Numbered from the stretch's first letter, positions 29,157 to 39,376 are shown. The stretch: DNA of 64,000 nt from an uncultured Candidatus Saccharibacteria bacterium (GCA_964600255.1 CAZRIX010000001.1:43948-107947), one strand, 5' to 3'. A program made the numbers and translations. The notes: generated by a model not told the origin, from the sequence alone.

Positions 29157-29306
29157 CCCTCAATTATGATAAATAGAAAAACTAAAACAATAGTAAAAAA
29201 TATAATAATTTTAACAATTTTTCATTCCGCGGGGATATGTTGGGGATAAGTAGAAAGACCGCTCAAGCTTTCGCTTGGCGGTCTGTTGTGTGGGTTTATG
29301 ACAACC

Positions 29307-29768
29307 CTATTTTCGCAATGTCGCGATAAGTGCAGATCGATCAATGAGCAAATCGAGCGCGTCTAAGATTGAAGTTGTAACGATGTCCGAATTTAAAAGC
29401 ACCTGTACATGTACACCCTCAGACTGAATCGTAACTATTCTGAGCTTGACCACCTTCATGAGCTCTAGATCTATCAAACCGTTGCCAATAGACACGCAAG
29501 TATCGGGATTGAGCTTTAACGCTTCATACCTTTTTGCGTCTCCATTTTCAGCCAAAATCCAATCAATACCCAATTCAGCAGCGATTTGATCTGCATTGTT
29601 GCGTGTATTGCCAGTAAAGAACAGGATATGATATCCAAGGTCCTTTAATCGTGTAAGGCGTTCCTTTACTCCTTCGGGGATTACTCCCATGACGGTTAAA
29701 GTGCCGTTAAGATCGAGAATGAGAGTTTTAAGCTCCAACTGACCGACACCGGGAATTTGGTATACCAT
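29307..29768 (-). CDS. Small HAD-superfamily hydrolase
   Basis: LILDLNGTL (DxD motif I). FFTGN motif II. GNGLID motif IV-like. ~153 aa. Confidence 0.5.
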   Translation of the reverse strand: MVYQIPGVGQLELKTLILDLNGTLTVMGVIPEGVKERLTRLKDLGYHILFFTGNTRNNADQIAAELGIDWILAENGDAKRYEALKLNPDTCVSIGNGLIDLELMKVVKLRIVTIQSEGVHVQVLLNSDIVTTSILDALDLLIDRSALIATLRK

Positions 29769-30028
29769 TGATTGATTATATGAAATTTAAATTTAATATT
29801 CAAATCTCCCCTCGACATTTGCCATCTTTTATACTATAGTATCTCCTACGGCGTATTTGTTATTTATTTAATAAATTAGCCATTATTAACCCCTGTGTAC
29901 GCTAAAACCGCAATTATTTTTTCTTCCGGCAAGCGAGGAGCGTGTGAAAGATTATCTTTCACAACGTCCGAGCGCAGACGGAACAATTACATTACTAGTT
30001 TAAAAAGCGGACCGTATGCATTTAAAAT

Positions 30029-31180
30029 ATGATTAAAAAAACAAAGGACGTTGAGGTTGTGGAGGAAGCTCCAGTCAAGAAAGTTAAGAAGGAGAAGGTT
30101 GTCGTTGTTCCAAAGCTCGACACACAGATGGACAGAATCGTTCACGAATCTGCCAACCCACCACTTGTAGGTGAGCTAGTTGAAGGACCAGTTATTAATA
30201 TTGAGAAGTCAGCAGTTTATATTGATCTCGCACCATTTGGTACTGGTATCATTTATGGACGTGAATATCTTACAGCTCGCGATATTATCAAGAAAATAAA
30301 TATCGGGGATGTTATCGCTGCTAAGGTTATAGAAACAGACAACAAGGATGGATACTTGGAACTTTCTCTAAAGGAAGCTCGCCAGGCACTTATCTGGTCT
30401 GAAGCTGAAGCTGCTATTAACAACAAGACAACTCTTGAACTTCCAATCATCGAAGCAAACAAGGGAGGACTTATCATTCAGTGGCAAGGTATTTCTGGTT
30501 TCCTTCCAGCATCTCAACTTAAGACTGAACACTACCCTCGTGTAGCTGACGGTGACAAGGACAAGATTCTAGAAGAACTGAGAAAGCTTGTTGGAACAAA
30601 GATTTCAGTTTCTATCATTTCAGCAATTCCAAAGGAAGGTAAACTTATCTTCTCAGAGAAGACACCTGAATCAAAAGACAAGGAGAGAATTATCGGTAAA
30701 TACAAAGTTGGAGATACTATCGATGGAACAGTTACAGGTATCGTAGACTTCGGTGTTTTCGTTAAGCTTGAAGATGGACTAGAAGGACTTGTTCATATCT
30801 CAGAAATCGATTGGTCACTTGTAGAAGATCCACGTGCGCTATTTAAGGTAGGACAGAAGATCAAGGTGAAGGTAATCGAGATCAAGGAAGGAAAAGTTTC
30901 TCTATCTCTAAAAGCACTTAAGGAAAATCCTTGGGTAGAAGCTTCAAAGAAATACAAGAAGGATCAAGTAGTAGAAGGTGTAGTTATCAAGTTCAATAAG
31001 CACGGTGCCCTAGCTTCAATAGAAGAAGGAATCGCAGGACTTGTACACATTTCAGAATTTGGTTCAGAAGAAAAACTAAGGAAGACTCTAGAGTTAGGAA
31101 AGTCATACAGTTTCAAGATTACATTGTTTGATGTAAAGGAACAGAAGATGGCTCTATCTTTCACAGGAGAGAAGAAATAA
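30029..31180 (+). CDS. rpsA: 30S ribosomal protein S1 (short, ~4 S1 domains) with Lys/Val-rich N-terminus
   Basis: Repeated S1 domains, for example GDTIDGTVTGIVDFGVFVKL...GLVHISEI. 383 aa. Confidence 0.75.
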   Translation: MIKKTKDVEVVEEAPVKKVKKEKVVVVPKLDTQMDRIVHESANPPLVGELVEGPVINIEKSAVYIDLAPFGTGIIYGREYLTARDIIKKINIGDVIAAKVIETDNKDGYLELSLKEARQALIWSEAEAAINNKTTLELPIIEANKGGLIIQWQGISGFLPASQLKTEHYPRVADGDKDKILEELRKLVGTKISVSIISAIPKEGKLIFSEKTPESKDKERIIGKYKVGDTIDGTVTGIVDFGVFVKLEDGLEGLVHISEIDWSLVEDPRALFKVGQKIKVKVIEIKEGKVSLSLKALKENPWVEASKKYKKDQVVEGVVIKFNKHGALASIEEGIAGLVHISEFGSEEKLRKTLELGKSYSFKITLFDVKEQKMALSFTGEKK

Positions 31181-31195
31181 TAATTCTTTCAAATA

Positions 31196-31222
31196 AAAAA
31201 CCGCCACAAGCGGTTTTTTGTT
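31196..31222. terminator. Bidirectional intrinsic terminator between rpsA and pth
   Basis: AAAAAACCGCCACAAGCGGTTTTTTG: stem flanked by an A-run and a T-run. Confidence 0.7.
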
Positions 31223-31239
31223 TTGTATACAATTTGATA

Positions 31240-31818
31240 TTAGTTAAACTTCGTCATCGCCATATCCTTCCCTTCTTTTATAAGAACTTCAATAGCTTCA
31301 CTCACAGTCTTTGCTGTCTTTTTTATTATCTTCATCTCATCATCCTTAAAACCACCTAAAATAAACTTCTCTATTTTGTCATCTCCATGTGGAACTTTTG
31401 CTAAGCCTTTTGTATTCTCTGGTGCTACCCCTATTCTGATACGTAGAAACGCTTCGGTTTTCACTGCCTTTATAATAGACTCGACTCCATTGTGACCTCC
31501 TGAACTTCTATTGTATGAGATTCGTATTTTTCCTAGTGGTAAATTGAAATCATCGTAGATTACGATTAACTTCTCTGCCGCTTTTACACTTTTTACTAAA
31601 TATGCAATAGACTTACCAGAATTATTCATAAAGGTATCTGGTGCAACTAGCCTCACCTTCTCCTTTCCAACTTTTAATTCACTAATTTGCGCATTTATTT
31701 TTTTATCAAAAGAAAATTCCTCATCAGTTAATGATTGTAAAATAATTCTTCCAGTATTGTGACGAGTTTTTTCATATTCTTGTCCTGGATTTCCTAAACC
31801 TGCGATTATGTATGCCAT
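31240..31818 (-). CDS. pth: Peptidyl-tRNA hydrolase
   Basis: MAYIIAGLGNPG...YEKTRHN N-terminal signature. 192 aa. Confidence 0.85.
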   Translation of the reverse strand: MAYIIAGLGNPGQEYEKTRHNTGRIILQSLTDEEFSFDKKINAQISELKVGKEKVRLVAPDTFMNNSGKSIAYLVKSVKAAEKLIVIYDDFNLPLGKIRISYNRSSGGHNGVESIIKAVKTEAFLRIRIGVAPENTKGLAKVPHGDDKIEKFILGGFKDDEMKIIKKTAKTVSEAIEVLIKEGKDMAMTKFN

Positions 31819-31827
31819 GTAGCTATT

Positions 31828-32454
31828 ATGTCACAAACGAAAATCTTGTGTCAAACGAACATTGGCAGTACAATTGTTGCAATGAATCCTGAAATTAATA
31901 CAAATCAGCCTAAAGAAAATTTCTTTAAAGAAATTATTAAGTTCATCATCATAGCTCTAATAATAGTCATTCCTGTTCGCACATATATTGCTCAACCTTT
32001 CATAGTAAATGGTCCATCAATGGATCCAACTTTCAATACTGGCCAGTATATTATCGTTGATCAACTATCTTACCGATTGAATTCACCTGAGAGGGGTGAT
32101 GTTATCATCTTCAAGTACCCGAGAAATCCAAAAGTTTACTACATCAAGCGTATAATCGGTCTGCCTGGAGAAACTCTAGTATCAAACGGTGGTCGAGTTA
32201 CTGTTCAGAACAAAGAAAATCCTGAAGGTATAGTTCTAAACGATAGTTTTATTGCTGATCGTCACAGAACTAGCGATGATTTCAAAATCTCTCTCGGTCC
32301 AACTGAATACTTCGTTATGGGTGACAACCGTGCAGAGAGCGCGGATTCAAGAACTTGGGGGCCTCTTGATAAAAAGTTAATAGTTGGTCGCGCCTTCATA
32401 CGTTTATTACCACCCACAAAAATATCGATCCTACCTGGAGAATTTAAAATTTAA
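31828..32454 (+). CDS. lepB: Signal peptidase I
   Basis: GPSMDPTF (catalytic Ser), KRIIGLPGE and GDNRAESADSR boxes. Confidence 0.85.
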   Translation: MSQTKILCQTNIGSTIVAMNPEINTNQPKENFFKEIIKFIIIALIIVIPVRTYIAQPFIVNGPSMDPTFNTGQYIIVDQLSYRLNSPERGDVIIFKYPRNPKVYYIKRIIGLPGETLVSNGGRVTVQNKENPEGIVLNDSFIADRHRTSDDFKISLGPTEYFVMGDNRAESADSRTWGPLDKKLIVGRAFIRLLPPTKISILPGEFKI

Positions 32455-32463
32455 TACACTGAT

Positions 32464-33696
32464 ATGCAAAAGAATAATAATTCCACAGAGCAGAAATTCA
32501 TTCCGCACGAAAATTTAGACAAGATTGGTGAAATACCTGTTTACTATGGCTTTACACCACATCAGAGTCCTGAGATCAAAAAAATAGACATAGATCAGTC
32601 AAAAGGTTTGCTTGAAGGTGATCATATAGACGAAGATGAGAAATCTAGTACAAAACTACCACTACATGTAGAAGAAAAAGTGGCTCTTTTGCGCATGTAT
32701 ACAGAAAAAGAAATGCATGCACTACCTCAACCAATAATGTTCTATTTCAAAGAACCATTTAAGGGTTCAATAAAAAAGGGTGCGAGCTTCAATCGTTACT
32801 GTGATTTGGAAATAATGGGAGGATCGAAGAGTATTGCAGAGGCATTACTGATTCAGACAACTCGTGCGATTCTCAAAGAAGAAGGTTATGAGAATATTTG
32901 CCTTGAGATCAATAGTATTGGCGACAAAGAATCCATTAACAGATACACACGTGATCTTAGTAACTACTATAGGAAGCATGTAAACGATATGCATGCCGAG
33001 TGTCGTCAGCTTCTGAAAAAGGACCCTTTTGAACTTTTAACTTGCCAGAATGATAAATGTAAAAAAATAAATGAGAATGCACCAAACTCAATGACATTCT
33101 TGTCAGAGTCTAGTAGAACACACTTCCAGGAAGTTCTAGAGTACGTAGAGGCTCTTGGTATTCCATACAGAATAAATCACCACCTGATTGGTAATAGAAA
33201 ATATTGTACTGAGACAATCTTTTCAATAATAAACCTAGATCATGAGAATAATAAAAAAAGTAAGGAACAAAAAGTCCTAGCTATCGGTGTGAGATACGAT
33301 GGACTATCAAAGAAAATCGGCTACAAGAAAGAAATCCATGGTGTAGGTATATCACTACTTATTAAAGGTGGTAAAGCCGAACTAAGAAAGGAAATAAAAA
33401 AGACAAAGAGACCATTTGCATCTTTTGTTCAGCTTGGATTCGAGTCAAAACTCCTAAGTTTGGGTATCATAGAGAAACTTAGAGAAGTAAAGATACCTCT
33501 TTTTCTGTCATTGGCCCGCGATCGCCTAGGAGCACAGGTTTCAGCCGTTGAAAAATATCATATTCCATATGCCTTGATTATGGGTAAAAAGGAGGCTGTT
33601 GAAGGTACAATAATCGTAAGAAACAACGATACACATGCTCAGGAAGTGGTAAATATAGCTGATTTACCAAAATACATGAAAAAACTTGAAAAGTAA
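32464..33696 (+). CDS. Divergent histidyl-tRNA synthetase-like class II aaRS
   Basis: GVRYDGL (motif 3-like, GGRYD). C-terminal anticodon-binding-type domain (ALIMGKKEAVEGTIIVRN). N-terminal HisRS motifs are degenerate. Confidence 0.45.
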   Translation: MQKNNNSTEQKFIPHENLDKIGEIPVYYGFTPHQSPEIKKIDIDQSKGLLEGDHIDEDEKSSTKLPLHVEEKVALLRMYTEKEMHALPQPIMFYFKEPFKGSIKKGASFNRYCDLEIMGGSKSIAEALLIQTTRAILKEEGYENICLEINSIGDKESINRYTRDLSNYYRKHVNDMHAECRQLLKKDPFELLTCQNDKCKKINENAPNSMTFLSESSRTHFQEVLEYVEALGIPYRINHHLIGNRKYCTETIFSIINLDHENNKKSKEQKVLAIGVRYDGLSKKIGYKKEIHGVGISLLIKGGKAELRKEIKKTKRPFASFVQLGFESKLLSLGIIEKLREVKIPLFLSLARDRLGAQVSAVEKYHIPYALIMGKKEAVEGTIIVRNNDTHAQEVVNIADLPKYMKKLEK

Positions 33697-33723
33697 TAGA
33701 CTTTGTAGTAATATACTAAAAAT

Positions 33724-33969
33724 ATGATAAACGTAGAAATTACAAGAAATGGCAACGAAAACAGCGTAGGGGTTATTCGTCGTTTTACAAAGAAGGTTCA
33801 GGCAGCTGGTATTTTGCCTAGAGTTAGAAGTATTAGATACAATCAGAGAGAACTATCTTCATACAAGACAAAGATGAAGACCCTAAAGTCTCTAAAGCGC
33901 AAGGCAGAAATAGCAGAACTGATCCGACTTGGAAAGATGCAGGAAAAGACTTCTCGTTTCTCTAAATAA
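33724..33969 (+). CDS. rpsU: 30S ribosomal protein S21-like
   Basis: VIRRFTKKVQAAGILPRVRSIRYNQR parallels S21 [27 protein letters not shown]. Basic C-terminus. Confidence 0.55.
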   Translation: MINVEITRNGNENSVGVIRRFTKKVQAAGILPRVRSIRYNQRELSSYKTKMKTLKSLKRKAEIAELIRLGKMQEKTSRFSK

Positions 33970-34355
33970 TGAAGGGAGATAATTTTCATATAACAAATAC
34001 AACAAAATCAAAGTTACCAAACTTTGATTTTGTTGCTATGAAAGAGGCTGTTCTAGGTAAAAAGTATGAACTTTCTGTAATAATCGTTGGCAAGAAGGAG
34101 ATTCAGAAACTAAACAATGAGTATAGAGAGATAAACAAACCTACTGACATTCTAAGCTTCCCTCTTTCAGATAGTTTTGGAGAAATGTATATAAATCCAG
34201 AAATGACCGAGCTCGAGGCCAAAAAATTCGACCGAGATTATGATAATTTTTTCGCTTTTATATTTATCCACGGTTTGGTGCATTTGAAAGGATTCGATCA
34301 TGGTAGTACAATGGAAGGTATAGAGGCTCGTTTCCGAAAGAAATTCGGCATATAA
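33969..34355 (+). CDS. ybeY: rRNA maturation endoribonuclease YbeY
   Basis: IHGLVHLKGFDH zinc-binding motif (H..H...G.DH). 128 aa. Confidence 0.8.
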   Translation: MKGDNFHITNTTKSKLPNFDFVAMKEAVLGKKYELSVIIVGKKEIQKLNNEYREINKPTDILSFPLSDSFGEMYINPEMTELEAKKFDRDYDNFFAFIFIHGLVHLKGFDHGSTMEGIEARFRKKFGI

Positions 34356-34390
34356 ATGCGAATACATTTTGGAGACTCTTCTAACTCCGA

Positions 34391-35596
34391 ATGGCAAGCA
34401 ATATAATCACAGGAATAGATGTAGGAACACATCACGTAAAAGTGGTTATTGCTGATGCTTCAGAAAAAAATGAAAAGGTTGTCAAAGGTGATAACCGAGG
34501 TCAGCCAAAAATAATAGGTATTGGCTTGATAGAGACTCGAGGACTACGTCACGGCTATGTACTAAACATACAAGACGTAATAGCCAGTATTAAACAAGCA
34601 ATCCTTGAAGCTGAGAAAAGAGCTGATGTGAAAGTAAAGAAGGCCTATCTATCTATAGGTGGTATTGGTCTTGGAAGCATTACTTCATCAGGATCAACAA
34701 TCATCACACGTGCAGATTTAGAAATAACAAACCTAGATATTAAAAGAGTGCAGGAGCAGTGTGAAAAAGATATTCCACCCGCAGCGTCTTTGAATAGAAA
34801 AATAATTCATAGTATTCCAGTTCAGTACAAAATAGATGGAAAGCCAGCATTGGGCAAACCTGAAGGAATGCATGGTAGTAAATTTGAAGTTAAGACTTTG
34901 TATATAACATGCCTAGAACAACACCTAAACGACATAATAGAAGCGGTTGAGGAATCAGGTATTAGTGTACAAGACGTAATGGCTTCACCTATTGCAGCAA
35001 GTTTGGTAACACTAACCAAGTCACAGAAAATCGCAGGTTGCGTACTTGCAAACATCGGTGCTGAGACCGTTTCAATTGCCGTCTTTGAGAACAATATTCC
35101 TGTATCACTAGAAGTCTTCCCTATCGGATCTACAGATATCACTAACGATATCGCTCTCGGTCTAAAAGTACCGCTTGAAGAAGCTGAACAAATAAAGATT
35201 GGTGCAATCACTGGAACTTCATATCCAAGGAAGAAACTTGAAGAAATCGTTTCTGCTAGAATGTCAGATATTTTTGAACTTATTGAAGCTCATTTGAAAA
35301 AGATTGGACGAAATGGATTACTTCCAGCAGGAATTATTCTAACTGGTGGTGGTGCAGGTCTATCAGGAATAGAAGATATGGCAAAGTCATCACTTAGACT
35401 TCCAGCTCGTATCGGAAGCCTGAACCTTGGCCTACCAGAGAAAAACGGATTGAAGGATCCAGCATGGGCAGTGGCCTACGGTCTATGTATTCTGGGTATG
35501 CATGCGGATCAGGACACACCTATAGATTCTAGCTCGAGAATTTTTGAAAATTCAAAGAAAACTATACTAGCGTGGCTAAAGCAGTTTTTGCCATAA
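34391..35596 (+). CDS. ftsA: Cell division protein FtsA
   Basis: Actin-fold ATPase. ITGIDVGTHHVKVV phosphate-1 motif. Directly upstream of ftsZ. Confidence 0.8.
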   Translation: MASNIITGIDVGTHHVKVVIADASEKNEKVVKGDNRGQPKIIGIGLIETRGLRHGYVLNIQDVIASIKQAILEAEKRADVKVKKAYLSIGGIGLGSITSSGSTIITRADLEITNLDIKRVQEQCEKDIPPAASLNRKIIHSIPVQYKIDGKPALGKPEGMHGSKFEVKTLYITCLEQHLNDIIEAVEESGISVQDVMASPIAASLVTLTKSQKIAGCVLANIGAETVSIAVFENNIPVSLEVFPIGSTDITNDIALGLKVPLEEAEQIKIGAITGTSYPRKKLEEIVSARMSDIFELIEAHLKKIGRNGLLPAGIILTGGGAGLSGIEDMAKSSLRLPARIGSLNLGLPEKNGLKDPAWAVAYGLCILGMHADQDTPIDSSSRIFENSKKTILAWLKQFLP

Positions 35597-35661
35597 ATAA
35601 TTATATTTGGCTTGATATTAAAGTCTTTTGACTTATCCAAGCCATTTGATAAGATTGGACT

Positions 35662-36870
35662 ATGCCGAATATTACCCCAGAAATTGAAGCTTTTGCCCGT
35701 ATCAAAGTTATCGGTGTAGGTGGATCCGGAAAGAACGCAGTAAACCACATGATCAGCTCAAAGGTTAAAGGAGTTGATTTTATCTCAATAAATACTGACG
35801 CTCAGGATTTACACCACTCTCTAGCAAAGAAACGTATACACATTGGTAAGAATCTTACTCGTGGTCTAGGTACTGGAATGAATCCAGAAATGGGTCGCCG
35901 TGCTGTAGAAGAAACAAAAGAAGAAGTTCAGGAATCTCTAAAGGGTGCTGACATGGTTTTTGTTGCTTGCGGACTTGGAGGAGGAACTGGATCAGGAGCA
36001 AGTCCTGTAGTTGCCCGCACAGCAAAGGAACTAGGTGCGCTTACTGTTGCTGTAGTTACAAAGCCTTTCTTTTTTGAAGGACAAGCTCGTTCAAAGATTG
36101 CAGAATCAGGATTGGAGGAACTGAGAAAAGAAGTTGATGCAATCATTGTTATTCCAAACGACAGACTACTTTCAACAATTGATAAGAACACTACAGTCAA
36201 GAATGCATTCTCTATCTGTGATGAAATACTACGCCAGGCTGTAGAAGGTATTTCAGATTTGATCACAACTCCAGGTATCATCAACATTGACTTCGCTGAC
36301 ATTCGAACCGTTATGGAAAGTGCAGGTTCAGCACTTATGGGTATTGGTTCTGCCATAGGAGACAATCGTGCTGTAGAAGCTGCTAGAATGGCCATAAACT
36401 CTCCCCTACTTGATGTTTCAATACATGGAGCAAAAGGTGTTCTATTCTCTATTGCCGGTGGTGAGGATCTAACAATGTTTGAAATCCAGGATGCAGCAAA
36501 GGTTATTACCGAGTCTGTCGATCCAAATGCAAAGGTTATCTTCGGAACTGTTCGTGATGATAAGCTAAAGAAGAATGAAGTAAAAGTTACTGTTATTGCG
36601 GCTGGTTTCCCAGAAGGCATGCAGATCAATACTCCAGACAAGACAACAAATGCAGTAAACAGTATGCAGGAATTAAAGCCAAAGGAAGACACGTTGAGGA
36701 ATCGAATCTTCAATTCTGCTCCAGCGCCAGCTCGTGAACCAGTACCTACTCCAAAGGTAGTAGAGAAAGTTGTAGTAGAAGAGAAAAAAGAACTAAAGAA
36801 TGATATACAAAGCGACGATGATGATTGGGGTGCTGTTCCTGCCTTCTTGAGACGTTCTAAACTTAAGTAG
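35662..36870 (+). CDS. ftsZ: Cell division GTPase FtsZ
   Basis: Tubulin signature GGGTGSG. IKVIGVGGSGKNAV N-terminus. T7 loop region. Confidence 0.9.
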   Translation: MPNITPEIEAFARIKVIGVGGSGKNAVNHMISSKVKGVDFISINTDAQDLHHSLAKKRIHIGKNLTRGLGTGMNPEMGRRAVEETKEEVQESLKGADMVFVACGLGGGTGSGASPVVARTAKELGALTVAVVTKPFFFEGQARSKIAESGLEELRKEVDAIIVIPNDRLLSTIDKNTTVKNAFSICDEILRQAVEGISDLITTPGIINIDFADIRTVMESAGSALMGIGSAIGDNRAVEAARMAINSPLLDVSIHGAKGVLFSIAGGEDLTMFEIQDAAKVITESVDPNAKVIFGTVRDDKLKKNEVKVTVIAAGFPEGMQINTPDKTTNAVNSMQELKPKEDTLRNRIFNSAPAPAREPVPTPKVVEKVVVEEKKELKNDIQSDDDDWGAVPAFLRRSKLK

Positions 36871-37011
36871 TTAGTAAAATAGAGATAAAATCCGGTGAGG
36901 AAGTCTTTTTATTTTCTAGCATAAGCGTAAAAATAAAAAGAGCTTACGAACGCAAGTGATTTTACCCTATTTTATCTAAACTTTCTAAAACTTGTAGTAT
37001 AATATACTTCT

Positions 37012-37947
37012 ATGATTTACGACTTAACAATAATCGGTGGTGGACCAGCTGGAGTTGCCGCTGGAGTTTATGCTGCGCGCAAAGAACTCAATACCCTTTT
37101 CATTACAAAAGATTGGAATAGTCAGAGTACAGTATCTGAAGGTATCGAGAACTGGATAGGAACAATAAAGATTTCTGGTGCAGATTTTGCAAAGAGTCTT
37201 GAGGGTCATCTTCGTGCATACGCTAAAGATAAGGTAGATATTCATGTAGGAGAAGGAGTAGATTTGGTTGAGAAGTCTGCTAATGGTTTTAAAATCACGA
37301 CGAGTAAAGGTGGCAAAATTGCAACTTATGAATCAAAGACCGTTCTAACAACAGCAGGAAGTTTTAGAAAGAAACTAGAAGCGATTGGTGCTGACAAGTT
37401 TGAACACAAGGGTCTAACATATTGCGCATCATGTGATGGACCTCTTTTTGCTGGACAGGATGTTATTGTGATCGGTGGTGGAAATGCCGGTTTTGAAAGT
37501 GCTTCTCAACTCCTTGCATATTGTAAGACCGTTACTCTAATAAATCGCACAGAAACTTTCCGCGCAGATCCCATTACAGTAGAAGCTGTATCAAAGAATA
37601 CTCACTTTAAAATAATAACAAACGCTATTTCAAAAGAAATAAAGGGTGATAAGTTTGTTAACTCATATGTTTACACAGATACAAAAACAGGCAAAGATAT
37701 CGAAATACCTACAACAGGTATATTCGTAGAAATAGGTTCCCTACCGAATACATATTTTATAAAAGATTTAGTAAAACTTACTCAGTATAACCAAGTGATA
37801 GTTGATCCTAGAACACAGAGAACATCAGTAGATGGCATATGGGCTGCGGGAGATTGTACAGATGGACTATATCACCAGAACAACATTGCAACTGGAGATG
37901 CGGTAAAGGCACTTGAGGATATCTATCTTTATCTAAAGACTAAATAA
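37012..37947 (+). CDS. trxB: Thioredoxin-disulfide reductase
   Basis: GGGPAGVAAGVYAAR FAD motif. Redox CASCDG. GGGNAG NADPH motif. Confidence 0.8.
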   Translation: MIYDLTIIGGGPAGVAAGVYAARKELNTLFITKDWNSQSTVSEGIENWIGTIKISGADFAKSLEGHLRAYAKDKVDIHVGEGVDLVEKSANGFKITTSKGGKIATYESKTVLTTAGSFRKKLEAIGADKFEHKGLTYCASCDGPLFAGQDVIVIGGGNAGFESASQLLAYCKTVTLINRTETFRADPITVEAVSKNTHFKIITNAISKEIKGDKFVNSYVYTDTKTGKDIEIPTTGIFVEIGSLPNTYFIKDLVKLTQYNQVIVDPRTQRTSVDGIWAAGDCTDGLYHQNNIATGDAVKALEDIYLYLKTK

Positions 37948-38662
37948 GACCTTCTGCGTATTCAACTTCCTCTTTGCTATTTAGTCCCATTGCTTCAAAA
38001 AGTCCTATTTCTACTTCTGCAATACTATCTGCCATTTTAATTACGTCGGTTAAATAATACTCTCCTTGTATATTATTTGGTCGAACCTTACTTAAAGAAT
38101 CTCTAAGCCAATCAATACGAAAAGCATAAAATCCTGGATTAATTTTCTTTTGCAAGCGAACATCTTCACTTGCATCCTTATACTCAGTGATTCCTTTTAT
38201 CTTTCCTTCTGGAGAATACATTATTCTGCCCCAGTGTTGAAAAAGTTTTCTCCATCCCTCGAAATCTTCAGAATATGTAGTAGCTATTGCAACTGTGTGA
38301 GATTCTAATCCTTGAATTAGATTATCAATAGTCTGAGAGGATACGAATGGATGATCTGCATAAAGGATGACTACATATTTAGTACCTGGTAAGACAGCGG
38401 GTAGAGCAGTTAATGTTGCGTGACCTGTACCCTTTTGTTCTTCTTGATAAATGTACCTGACACGTTCATTTAAAAAAGCCTTAACCTGATCTGCCTTGTG
38501 ACCGATAACAACAATAGGCTTATGAATGAGTCCATTTTCCAAATTTAAAAGCAAACGATGAATCATAGGTTCACCCTTAACTTCTATTAAACACTTGGGC
38601 AAATCTGATGCCATTCGTGTACCCTTGCCAGCGGCAAGAATAATAATCTCCGTATTTTGCAT
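37940..38662 (-). CDS. Sugar-phosphate nucleotidyltransferase (GlmU N-terminal-domain-like NTP transferase)
   Basis: IILAAGKGTRMASDLPK signature of nucleotidyltransferase family. Confidence 0.55.
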   Translation of the reverse strand: MQNTEIIILAAGKGTRMASDLPKCLIEVKGEPMIHRLLLNLENGLIHKPIVVIGHKADQVKAFLNERVRYIYQEEQKGTGHATLTALPAVLPGTKYVVILYADHPFVSSQTIDNLIQGLESHTVAIATTYSEDFEGWRKLFQHWGRIMYSPEGKIKGITEYKDASEDVRLQKKINPGFYAFRIDWLRDSLSKVRPNNIQGEYYLTDVIKMADSIAEVEIGLFEAMGLNSKEEVEYAEGLI

Positions 38663-38665
38663 GGT

Positions 38666-39280
38666 CTATATACTACTACAACTATTCCATAATCCAAGTT
38701 TTTGCTCACGTGCTTTTTTCGCAAGTTCCTTGAAATCCTTTTGCTTCTGATATGGTGTATTGTAAGTATATTCATGCGCATATCCATTTTCTATCAAATA
38801 CTGATTTACCAACATACCATCATCTCTATATACATATGCTAAAAATCTACCGAACTTGTCTGTAGCACCCTGTGTAGTATCGGTCTCAAGTGTCACAGAA
38901 TGACCCAGGAGAAGCTCTCTGGTCTTGTCTGAGGCTTGCTTACCAAAACACTGAACCGCCTTTCTAGGGTCGACAGTCTCGGGAGTATCAACTCCTATCA
39001 TTCTTACCTTTACTACTCGACCTTCAACCTTAATGTCGAATGTGTCACCATCGACTACCTTTGTGACTTCATACTTCTTACTGAAGTCAATTTGCTCTAT
39101 TTTTGTAGAAAACTTATTATTCTTTGATTTTTGATTTGAACTTTCAGCAAAATATCCCAGAGTTGATGTCGTAATGATAATTAGAATAATAATAAAGGGT
39201 TTCCATTTATTCCTTTTCAAAGATTCGATATTATTTATACCCTTTATCAATTCTTTTTGAATATCATTACTAGTAGACAT
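38666..39280 (-). CDS. Membrane-anchored thermonuclease (staphylococcal nuclease-like)
   Basis: N-terminal TM. VVDGDTFDIKVEGRVVKVRMIGVDTPE SNase motif. Confidence 0.75.
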   Translation of the reverse strand: MSTSNDIQKELIKGINNIESLKRNKWKPFIIILIIITTSTLGYFAESSNQKSKNNKFSTKIEQIDFSKKYEVTKVVDGDTFDIKVEGRVVKVRMIGVDTPETVDPRKAVQCFGKQASDKTRELLLGHSVTLETDTTQGATDKFGRFLAYVYRDDGMLVNQYLIENGYAHEYTYNTPYQKQKDFKELAKKAREQKLGLWNSCSSI

Positions 39281-39339
39281 GTGTATAGGATAGCAGAGAT
39301 ATGATATAGGTAAAAGCCAATTTAATTGATATTAAAAAG

Positions 39340-39373
39340 ATGCGCAGAGATAAATCTCTGCGCATTCGTTGTC
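39340..39373 (-). terminator. Intrinsic terminator of the desaturase gene
   Basis: GCGCAGAGA-TAAA-TCTCTGCGC perfect 9-bp stem. The minus strand is followed by ATCTTTTTAAT. Confidence 0.6.
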
Positions 39374-39376
39374 CTA

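Noticed and set aside
35928-36713. 261-aa minus-strand ORF
   Set aside because: It lies wholly antisense to ftsZ, which has an unmistakable tubulin signature. Ala/Ser-rich composition is typical of a shadow ORF.
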